Shown here: positions 29,727-40,604 of the stretch, one piece after another
How positions within the stretch are numbered: the stretch's first letter is position 1
Layout: each line of letters opens with the position of its first letter
Assembly: GCA_963796345.1 (NCBI GenBank)
Contig: CAWCLI010000017.1
Location: forward strand, 26,571-90,570
Direction: 5' to 3'
Source: Nitrospirota bacterium
GTDB lineage: Bacteria > Nitrospirota > Thermodesulfovibrionia > Thermodesulfovibrionales > Dissulfurispiraceae
Length of the DNA stretch: 64,000 bases
The notes under the pieces: generated by a model
What the model was told of the DNA's origin: nothing
The model's database searches: none
The model's input: only the letters and a program-made list of their open reading frames with translations
Position numbers and translations under genes: made by a program

Positions 29727-31589
29727 CTATCCAAAGTACTTCTCCCACCATAATTGAAACATCACCAGGTTCCATATCTTTCCGGCACAACCCCTATCGC
29801 CGCCGTAATAACGCGATAGCAGCTCTTCTACTGAATGTATGTTTAACAGATCATGCTTCCGCAGCCGGTCAGCCGCAAGGACGTCAAAGATATATCCCTT
29901 CAGCCTTTCAGTCATCCAGTCGAAAAGCGGCAGGACAAAACCCTCTTTTGGCCTCTCCACTATTTCCTGCGGCAGAAGGCGTCTCACGGTCTTTTTTAGA
30001 ATGTCCTTCACATTCCCGCCCCTGATCTTGAGCGTTCCCGGCAGCGTCGCTGCAAATTCAACGAGCCGGAAATCCAGGAACGGCGAGCGGACCTCAACGG
30101 AGTGTGCCATGGAAAGGAAATCGACAAATGCCAGCACCTGGTCGGGTAACTGTGTTTTCCACTCCAACTCAAGAATCCTATTGAGCGAATCGTCAGTACT
30201 TGAGTGATCCAGGGTGGCCCTGATAAGTCCCAGGGAGCTAGTTCCGTTAAGATGCGATATAAAGTCGCCGGTAAGCATCGTTTCCTTTTCTTCGTCAGTA
30301 AAGACATGCAGATGATACCTCCAAAGGGCTTCATCTCCGTTCTATTTCCTGTAGAGGTCCTCCAGGAAACTAATGTCACACGGCTGCAAAAGTTTATTAT
30401 CTTCACTATTCAATGTTCCACATAGTGCCTTCTCGCGCAATGTTTTATAGTGGTATATCGGCTGGGCAACACGATGAGAGAGATAACTGCCAAACAACTC
30501 GTCAGAGCCATCACCTGAAAGCGCCACCCCGACATGAGCTCTTATCAAACTGGAAATAAAATACGTTGAAATCGTTCCTGAAAAAGGCTGGTCAAATGCT
30601 GCAATCACGTCGCCGATACCGTCCATTACCTCTTTATACGACATCATATACTCATAATGATCAGTTTTAAATGCACGCGATACACGTCTTGCAGAATACA
30701 AATCGGCCTGTTTGTTCTTCAAGTCATCTTCGTAACCTAATGAAAATGTCTTGATCGGCTTGTCGGCATAGCGAGACATGAGTGCAACGACAGAGCTCGA
30801 ATCCACTCCGCCGCTGAGATAGGCTCCTATCGGCACGTCGCTCATCATACGAATCCTGGTCGCATCTTCAAGGAGCGTTAAGATCGTTTCTTCTATATAT
30901 GTCTGGTCATAGTCATATCGCTCTTTGAATGTTATCGTCCACCACTTTTCTCGTTTCAGTGTTCCCTTTGAGCATATCATCATCTCTCCGGGCTGCAGTG
31001 CATAAATACCAGCAAACGATGTAAACGGTGCAGGTACATTTTTAAAGGTGAAATAATGATAAATCCCTTCGTAACTAATCCGTCGATTGCATACGGGTGT
31101 AAGCAAGGACCGTTTTAATTTCCGAGCCAAATATGAGCATTCCATTAATGTACTGGTAAAAAAGAGGCTTTACCCCCATCCTGTCCCGCCAAAGAAACAA
31201 TTCCTCTGATTCTTTATCCCAAAAGCTAGAGAACATGCCGTTTATTTTATGAGGAAAGGCTTTCCCGTACTCCTCATAGAGGTGTACAATGACTTCCGTG
31301 TCGGAATGATCCGTATAAAATCGATGGCCTCTATCCTCTAACTCGCGCCTCAGGTACCGCGAATTGTAAATTTCCCCGTTGAAAACAGTCCATATACGCC
31401 CATCTTCGTTGTGTATGGGCTGTCGCCCCTTTTCGACATCAACAATGCTCAACCTCCTCACTCCGAGGCTTATGCCGTCATTAAGGTAGAACCCTTCATC
31501 ATCGGGACCGCGATGTACAAGAGTACCTGTCATAGCCCTGAAGGGTCTGTCTCGTTCACCGCTCCCGTAAAACCGCAGATGCCGCACAT
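29727..31589 (-). pseudogene. asparagine synthase (glutamine-hydrolysing) family amidotransferase, second copy, disrupted
   Basis: The true start MCGICGF at 31589 is one frame off ORF 31075-31587; the T4 run there would need to be T5. A second shift lies in 31075-31145. An in-frame TAG at 30342-30344 sits between ...ISFLEDLYRK and NGDEALWRYHLHVFTDEEKETMLTGDF. The PP-loop AYLSGGVDSSSV is present. Confidence 0.8.
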
Positions 31590-31591
31590 AA

Positions 31592-32920
31592 TTATTTATC
31601 CTTCGTGCTGCAGGTCGTTTTCCCCGATGAACTCAGTAATTTCTCAATAATAAGCTTGAATGACTCTTCGTTTTCCCGAAGCAATCGCTCCACGAATTGC
31701 CTGCTCCTTATGCTCAGTTCCCTGAATGCAGCTTTATCACTGAGAAGCACCCGTATTTTATCCTTCAAATCACCTGGTGTCACGTTGATAACGGGTAATT
31801 CCGAGAAAAAACGCTCATAGTAGTCATGATCCATATAGAGGTAAAACTCCATCAGCTGCCGGTCAATATGGGATATAACAATTTTGCCTTTAAGCATCGC
31901 CTCCACCGCGGAATAGCTGAGAAAACCATCGGTGATCTGTTCAATAAAAATATGTGCTTCGTCCAACTTTTTTATAGCATCATCTCGTTCCAGTCCCTCC
32001 AGTATTTCAAATTCAAAATCATCCCGTTCTGTCCTGAAGTTCCGAACAATATTTTTTTAATAAAATGTGTTCCCTTCCTGATACCATTATTGGCATAATG
32101 GACTATCCTGACTTTTTCGCCGATTTCCTGAAAGTCTAGGCATAGCAGGAACCCTCTTGAAGAACATGTCCGTGGAAGTAAAGACATCGATCCTCGGGAG
32201 GAAGTCGATATAACCAACCGGACCGAATACAAAGTTCACATATTTAGACCACCAATATGCCCTTCTTATGCGTTTTAAATCCAAATCAAAGTATTTTGGG
32301 TTAAAAGACATGTGCCCTACCTTCTGCGGCCGATTCGTGTTCCGCAAGGTATCCCATACGTCCGCTCCATAAGGATGCAATAATACTTTCTTCCCAAACA
32401 GCTGGTAAATGACCGGCTCTATTCTCCACCACAAAGTTCTTTCTAAAAAACCTCCGTCAAAATAAAGACAAAAGACATCAAAATTTTTAATCGCCCAGAT
32501 GAATGCCCAATAACTTCCAAATAAATAGGGATCCCCTCCTGCTATAAACCTGGGCATAATATCCACTGCTGTAATCCCATTATGAAAGCTTCCATTAGAC
32601 CATTCCTTAAACGCAAACAGTGTACAATCGTATTCATCACTCAGAATTTGCCTCGCAATATTGAAGGTAATGATCGGATGGGTACCCAAAACGATTTTTT
32701 TCTTCTTATCACCATGGGTGGAGCTTTTCCCCCCAAATTTTCCGATTATAAATAAACACAGTAAAATAGCAATCAGCGGCATAATAGCTAAAATGTCAAC
32801 GACATACCTTTTCAAATAGTACTTGCATTCCTGCCGAAAATCGAAGGGAGCATTACATCTCTCATTTACCAGGATCCAGCCCGATTTAGCCAACTTGCCT
32901 TTTATATCTGTTTCTTCCAT
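31592..32920 (-). pseudogene. membrane-anchored GT-B-like glycosyltransferase, two frame breaks
   Basis: There is an N-terminal TM helix (ILAIMPLIAILLCLFIIG). The C-terminal half, read across frames, is ...GEKVRIVHYANNGIRKGTHFIKK / IVRNFRTERDDFEFEILEGLERDDAIKKLDEAHIFIEQITDGFLSYSAVEAMLKGKIVISH. One break is at the T7 run at 32052-32058. Confidence 0.5.
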
Positions 32921-35068
32921 TCTGCAAACCTCTCCACCAATCTACAAAAGGATTTCGCCTGTTCTTTCAGATTCATATAAGTAAGATTTAGCCACAGTTT
33001 ATTTGCACATGAAACATGCCCTCTCAAAGCATTATCGTTTATCAGTTCACCTGAAATAGAAATATATTCCTCCACGAATAGCATACGGTACCTGCAAAAG
33101 ATCTCTGTCATTATAGACAAATATCTTTTTGGAACTATTGTAAATCTCATTATATTCATCAGCCATATTAATGCTCCTGACATACTCCAGGTGCTGCGGG
33201 GCAGCAGGCTTATGGCCACGCCTCCTTTCGTTATGTATTCGTTCAACGACTCCCCTGACTCTAATGGAAAGGTATCGAGGTACAAATCAATCGCATACCC
33301 GAATACATGCGGGTCGACAAAACCTTCAAAAAAGACTCTGTCTGCGAGACCGAATTGCGTCATTTTCCTCTGTATGTTCTCCCGGCCGCCCGCCGCAGGC
33401 TAAAAATATTGTATTTTTGTTCTGCATCATAATTCTTGCAACAGCCTCCAAATATTCATCACTATCCATTTTAATCAGTCGTCCTATAAATCCTAAAATA
33501 ATTGCTTCTTTCGGATATCGGGAGCGGATTTCCTCCACCATCTTCATATCAACTTCGGGAAGATAAAATTGCTTATCCATCGCATTCGGGAAAAGGCATA
33601 TTTTTTATCCTTCTTTACATTCGCTCGCGAGTTGGAAAGCGTTCATTGAATGCGTTATCCTGAAATCTATCCCCTCCACATCATACACATCATTTCCATG
33701 GCTCCAATATATCTGCACCGGAGCAGTCCGCGTGGCAAATAAAAAGACATTTTGTTCCAACCCACCGGTGTCAATCAGTACATCAATACCGTCGTTTACT
33801 ATCGCTTCCCTCAGTTTCATGCATTTGTCAAAATGGCTATAAAAGCATCTGCCCGAATCATCTATCATCTTGTGATTGCTGCGGTAAAAAACTCCGAGGT
33901 CCTCGATCATCTTGACCGCCTCGGGATCTGATGGGGTCTTCTCGATATATTCGAGATCATAAACGTACAGCTCATTAGATACCGTGTTGCATTCCTTCAG
34001 CCCCTTCAAAAGTGAGTACAGCACCTTAAAAGGAGAATGAAGGATAATTCTGTTATAAACAAAGCCGATTTTTATTTTATTATGTGCAGATGGAATCTTC
34101 TTCTCCACCGGCTTTATATTATATGCCTGCGCTACGCGCCCTGAAGCATACGCCGAGAGGGCCCTGCATATATCGTCGTTCAGTTTCTTCCATTCCGTTT
34201 GTGTTTGGGTGAGATTACTATACACATGCGATATAGGCCACACCATATAAAACACAAGCTCGGTCAAGTCTTTCTCAATCGCTTTATGAAAGAGTTTCAG
34301 CCATTTTTCATAAAGGACAAGGAAGTTGGTTTGGGGTCCGTATATATTCCACATTAATCCGGTAACCATTAAAAAATGCGATTTCTGAATATGAATGTCT
34401 TTGAGGAAGAAAAGTTTTTCGTCGAAACAATACTGATTCAGAATGTCCAGCGCTTCATCAAGCGACGGCAGTATCGACCTGAACATAATCGAAAATTCTT
34501 TTCCGGGAATCCCCGAACATTCCTCATTCAACTTAGACATGTTGAGATCCATGCACCTCTTTATAAGAGCGACCTTGGCATTACTTCCTCTTCCGGAAAA
34601 AAACTCGCAGAGACACAGCCTTGCAGCAGAGACCATTTTGTCCGTCTCATTTGCGGCCTGATAGTACGACTTCGATAAAAACTCTATTGTTCCCGCGTAT
34701 CTATCATTCATTTTCAGACGTATTCCAGATTGAAGGACAAGCTCGACAGTCATGAAAAAGTCAAAATTAAACGCGTTCAGAACATCTCTAAGCAGCAGTT
34801 CATTTCCCATCAGCGTAAAAATCGCCTCATAACTTTCACGGAACTCAGGCTGTTTGTAAAAGCCGCATATCTTCTCTACAAAATAGAAAGGGGCCAGGAT
34901 ATTAACCGAAGGGGTGTTTATGGCCGGATTTCTGATGCTCGTTCTAACATCCAGGAAGTAAGCGTTGAAATCATTCTTGTCCAGCATATCCTTCCACCGG
35001 CCAAAAAGCGCAGCCTGCGTAGCGTCCAAAGTGACAGAGTATCCGTTATTTATACCTGCTTCAGCCAT
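32902..35068 (-). pseudogene. GT41-like (SPINDLY/OGT-type) glycosyltransferase with helical N-domain; one in-frame stop and one frame break
   Basis: IKIGFVYNRIILHSP...IVNDGIDVLIDTGGLEQNVFLFATRTAPVQIYWSHGNDVYDVEGIDFRITHS... An in-frame TAA lies at 33605-33607. The sequence then continues ...LPEVD...AIILGFIGRLIKMD..YLEAVARIMMQNKNTIFLACGG, shifts frame, and continues ...FGLADRVFFEGFVDPHVFGYAIDLYLDTFPLESGESLNEYITKGGVAISL. This matches the GT41 catalytic-domain pattern. Confidence 0.55.
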
Positions 35069-35099
35069 TTTTCTTCCTGTTCATTTTTCCATTAACATC

Positions 35100-35335
35100 G
35101 TTAAGCGATTATAACTCCCAGCTGCACAGGCATATAATGGTGCCGCGAAATATGCGTCGTGAAGGGCGGGTGTTCGCAGGACATAGCTACCGCACAATGG
35201 GCGTTCGCATTCTCCCAAAAGCTTCCGTTAAATTCATCTGCTGGTCAACTAGTCACATTTGACGACAGAAACGACCGTCGCAATGTCCTCACCATCAACA
35301 GGCTGCCTCCGATATGGAATTAACCGGGTGCGTCA
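35100..35335 (-). pseudogene. decayed 5' relic of a second pseC-type (DegT family) aminotransferase
   Basis: The apparent intergenic gap after pseB translates across frames to IPYRRQPVDGEDIATVVSVVKCD*, then ...LTEAF..., then ...AHCAVAMS..., then ...TPALHDAYFAAPL. This parallels the intact PseC N-terminus FPYSRQSIDEDDIAAVVSVLKSDYLTQGPATEAFEAALAAYTGAAHAVVFSSGTAALHAAYFAAGL. Confidence 0.55.
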
Positions 35336-35365
35336 CTGCATATCGGCATCTCATCAATTTCTTTA

Positions 35366-36382
35366 TTACTCTGTTGCCGCCAGCCGCCGGTCAATGTCAA
35401 GACTTTCTATAAGTTCACTTATTTGGGAGAGTGAAAGCCACTGCTCGTTTTTATCGCTCCGGTAAAAGAAGCCCTCTGCCATTCTTGGATATTTGGCATA
35501 TCCGAAGTGCTTGTTGTCCTGAAAGCTGAACTGGGGGAGGATCACATATATATCGCCCATATCGACCGTGTTCCGCCCTTCGTCTTCGGAGATAAGGGAT
35601 TCATGCAGCTTTTCGCCAGGCCTGATGCCGATTATTTCACATTCGCAGTCAGGACAAATCGCCTTTGCAATATCAATTACGGCTGTGCTCGGGATCTTTG
35701 GTATGAAAACCTCCCCGCCCACACCGTCCCTGGCTGCCCTGCACACCAGTTCGACCCCCTGAGAGAGGGTTATCCAGAACCGGGTCATACGTTCATCGGT
35801 AATAGGGAACTTTTTCACGCCTTTATTCATTAAGTCCTTGAAAAGAGGGACGACACTTCCCCTGCTGCCTATCACATTGCCGTATCTGACAACACAAAAT
35901 GTCGTGTCTTTCAGTCCAACATACGAATTACCGGCAATAAACAATTTTTCCATCGATAGTTTAGTGGCGCCATACAGGTTGATCGGGCTGACAGCCTTAT
36001 CGGTAGAGAGCGCTACGACTTTTTTAACGCCCTTGTCTATGGCGACTTCCACAATATTCTGGGCCCCGAGGATATTTGTCTTGACTGCCTCAAAGGGATT
36101 GTACTCGGCTGCCGGCACCTGCTTGATTGCAGCGGCGTGGATGACATAGTCAACCCCATCGAACGCCCTGTATAAGCGGTCCCTGTCCCTGACGTCTCCA
36201 AGGAAATAGCGCACAGGATAGCCGGTTTCAGGGAAAGTCTTGGACATCTCAAATTGCTTGAACTCGTCTCTGCTGAAGATAATCACTTTGCGGGGTTTAT
36301 AATGCTGAAAAAGATGCCCGGTGAACTTCTTTCCAAAAGACCCGGTCCCGCCGGTAATCAGTATTACTTTATCATTGAACAT
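35366..36382 (-). CDS. pseB: UDP-N-acetylglucosamine 4,6-dehydratase (inverting), PseB/FlaA1-like
   Basis: MFNDKVILITGGTGSFGKKF...IIFSRDE.KQ..M........VRYFLGDVRDRDRL...GVDYVIHAAAIKQVPAAEYNPFEAVKTNILGAQN...STDKAV.PINLYGATKL. A GGAG Shine-Dalgarno sequence lies upstream of the internal ATG at 36382. Confidence 0.9.
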   Translation of the reverse strand: MFNDKVILITGGTGSFGKKFTGHLFQHYKPRKVIIFSRDEFKQFEMSKTFPETGYPVRYFLGDVRDRDRLYRAFDGVDYVIHAAAIKQVPAAEYNPFEAVKTNILGAQNIVEVAIDKGVKKVVALSTDKAVSPINLYGATKLSMEKLFIAGNSYVGLKDTTFCVVRYGNVIGSRGSVVPLFKDLMNKGVKKFPITDERMTRFWITLSQGVELVCRAARDGVGGEVFIPKIPSTAVIDIAKAICPDCECEIIGIRPGEKLHESLISEDEGRNTVDMGDIYVILPQFSFQDNKHFGYAKYPRMAEGFFYRSDKNEQWLSLSQISELIESLDIDRRLAATE

Positions 36383-36599
36383 GTAAATCTCCTCGTCATC
36401 CTGTAATCTGGATTGTAAACAACCATGAGGCCTTCTTTGCATTTATTATACCAGCACATAAAATAAGCTACTTCACTGTATTTACAACTTATTTATGTGA
36501 TTTGTCCATCAATGCCTTAGATCATTAATGACAACAGGCAAAAAATTCCCTGTCATAAAATTGACTCTATCTTGTTATCGGAAAAAAAAGGAGAAAACT

Positions 36600-38648
<2,049 letters not shown>

Positions 38649-39140
38649 CTATATGCCGGCTCCTTTCGCTTCCTCAAGAAGAAATTTCACTGCCCAAAGC
38701 GCAGCCTGTTCTTTATTCGACTCCCTGTCTCCTGCAAGCCGCAACTCTTTTGCCACCGTCTTTCCCAGGGTGCTCACCGCGATATATACAAGGCCCTTCT
38801 CCTTTCCCTCGAGCACATCAGGGCCCAGATTGCCTGTGGTAGCAAGAGCGTAATCCGTATTAAGCAAGGCCCGCGTCCTCTCTGCCATTTCACGTGCGGC
38901 AGTATCGCTGACTACACCGTATGTTTCAATAGTGCCTGAAGCAAGGCCCAGTATGATTATCTTTGAAGCATTCGAGTAGGTGACAACACCAGCCTGAAAA
39001 AAAGCGCTCGCTCCGGGCAGCATTGTCATATAGTGGCTGACCAGTCCTCCGGTGCATGATTCAGCAACCGAAAGAGTCAACCCCTTCTCCCTGAACAGTT
39101 TATGTACGTCACCGACAATGTTTACAATTGATTTATCCAT
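38649..39140 (-). CDS. CinA C-terminal-domain / nicotinamide-nucleotide amidohydrolase PncC family protein
   Basis: LTLSVAESCTGGLVSHYMT.LPGAS.FF.AGVVTYSN..K...LG is the hallmark AESCTGG motif. Its stop abuts the ligA start. Confidence 0.85.
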   Translation of the reverse strand: MDKSIVNIVGDVHKLFREKGLTLSVAESCTGGLVSHYMTMLPGASAFFQAGVVTYSNASKIIILGLASGTIETYGVVSDTAAREMAERTRALLNTDYALATTGNLGPDVLEGKEKGLVYIAVSTLGKTVAKELRLAGDRESNKEQAALWAVKFLLEEAKGAGI

Positions 39141-39233
39141 CAGCAGTACCTGAAAAAAACCAAATTAGTTTTCCAAAAACCCGATCCAGCTACAATTATA
39201 AAATAATAATGCTGATTGCGTCACAGGAAAATT

Positions 39234-39321
39234 GACAAACCCGTAAAAAACGCCCTTCTATCTCCAGTTTGCACTGGAATGACAAAAAAGTGCTTTTTTA
39301 GACTTTTTTTGCGAGACCGTC
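39234..39321. repeat. degenerate short copy of the GACGGTCTCGTAAAAAG-type palindromic repeat
   Basis: The left end TTGACAAACCCGTAAAAAAC resembles TTGACGGTCTCGTAAAAAGT. The right end CTTTTTTTGCGAGACCGTCAA resembles CTTTTTACGAGACCGTCAA of the copies at 41910 and 46625. Confidence 0.4.
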
Positions 39322-39362
39322 AAACTTGCAAAAAAATTGATAAACTTATCTATAATATAGTC

Positions 39363-40604
39363 ATGCCAACAAAGACCCGGGAGATCGAACAGCCTGAAGT
39401 GCCTGTTTCTGTCGGGCAGCTTATAATAGGGACGAGGCTGCCCTGCGACTTTTTCATAAAAGAGGCCAATACACTCAGGATATTTTTCAAAAAATATGTC
39501 CTCTATACAAAAATTTCGCAGGATATTTTGAGAGATAAAGGCATACATGAAGTATACATCTACCTGAACGATGTCCCAAACCTGGACCTTTACTTGTCCA
39601 GTAACCGTTGGCTGAAGCAAACCGGCGATGAAGACAATAAAGCGGAATTCAAAAAATATGCGTACAATAAGGAGCGATACCATCAGATCGATGCCTCCCT
39701 TATACAGCGCGGCAGGAAAATAAATTTCAGCCTGTCCGTCCTGGATAATTTCACTTTTTCTCCTCTTATTGAAGCGTCCAACGAAGCCCCCGCCGAGGTG
39801 GACAACAGCGTACTGGAGCTAGACGGCGATGTCGTCATAAATATAGCCGACCTGCCCCGCTACCGTGAATATGTTGCTGACCTGCGGAATTTAGCTGAAC
39901 TGCCTGAAAGCGACAGAATGAGAATAAAATCGCTCGCCATCAGGGAGACATCGAAGATCGTATTGCAGGATTTCTTTGCCGACCCGAGAAGCGGTGAGAA
40001 AATTAAAGAAATGCGGGCACTGGTCAACGATATGATCGACTGCATCCTGGAGGACAATGACGCAATATATATGTTGTTGTCCATGAAAGGACACGATTAT
40101 TATACCTATACCCACTCTGTCAATGTCGCCGCCTTGTCGGTCAGTCTGGGCATCGCAATAGAGTTGAAGCGGGATGACACAGAGAAACTCGGAATAGGGG
40201 CCCTGCTCCATGACATTGGAAAGAGCACGATCTCGCACGAAATATTGAACAAGCCGGGAAAACTTGACGATATTGAATACAATATTATGAAGACCCATGT
40301 GCTCGAAGGCGAGAAAATCATGCGCATACATACGACCTTCCCCGAGGAGTCGTTCAGGCCCCTCCTGGAGCACCACGAAAGTTTATCGGGCAGGGGATAT
40401 CCCTACGGCCTGTCCGGTAAAGAAATAAGTCTCTTTGGAAGGATTGCCGCTATCTCCGATTGCTATGACGCACTGACAACCCGGCGTCCGTACAGAGCGG
40501 CCCATTCGCCGTTTTCTGCCCTTTTGATGATTTCCAAAGAAACACGGGACTACGATTCCGATCTTTTAAAATCCTTTATAAAAATGCTCGGCAAGATAAA
40601 GTAA
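39363..40604 (+). CDS. HD-GYP domain phosphodiesterase-like protein with uncharacterised N-terminal domain
   Basis: HSVNVAALSV, LLHDIGK and LEHHESLSGRGYPYGL form the HD and HHE...GYP motifs. The start was moved to ATG 39363 because the track N-terminus reads through the repeat element. Confidence 0.85.
   Translation: MPTKTREIEQPEVPVSVGQLIIGTRLPCDFFIKEANTLRIFFKKYVLYTKISQDILRDKGIHEVYIYLNDVPNLDLYLSSNRWLKQTGDEDNKAEFKKYAYNKERYHQIDASLIQRGRKINFSLSVLDNFTFSPLIEASNEAPAEVDNSVLELDGDVVINIADLPRYREYVADLRNLAELPESDRMRIKSLAIRETSKIVLQDFFADPRSGEKIKEMRALVNDMIDCILEDNDAIYMLLSMKGHDYYTYTHSVNVAALSVSLGIAIELKRDDTEKLGIGALLHDIGKSTISHEILNKPGKLDDIEYNIMKTHVLEGEKIMRIHTTFPEESFRPLLEHHESLSGRGYPYGLSGKEISLFGRIAAISDCYDALTTRRPYRAAHSPFSALLMISKETRDYDSDLLKSFIKMLGKIK

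Noticed and set aside
30342-30344. In-frame TAG in asnB2 read as pyrrolysine or programmed read-through
   Set aside because: No pyl genes or methylamine methyltransferases are in the window. The same gene also carries two frameshifts, and a neighbouring gene has an in-frame TAA. An ordinary nonsense mutation or an error is far more likely.
1-36442. The island as a prophage, an integrative element or a defence island
   Set aside because: No integrase, transposase, tRNA attachment site, direct-repeat borders or nuclease/ATPase defence genes were found. The content is uniformly sugar biosynthesis and transfer.
39216-39362. N-terminal extensions given in the ORF track for the HD-GYP protein (start 39216) and for gpmA (start 41991)
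   Set aside because: Both extensions read through copies of the palindromic repeat element and give implausible peptide. Internal ATGs at 39363 and 42045 give canonical N-termini, and gpmA has a strong GGAGGGG Shine-Dalgarno sequence.
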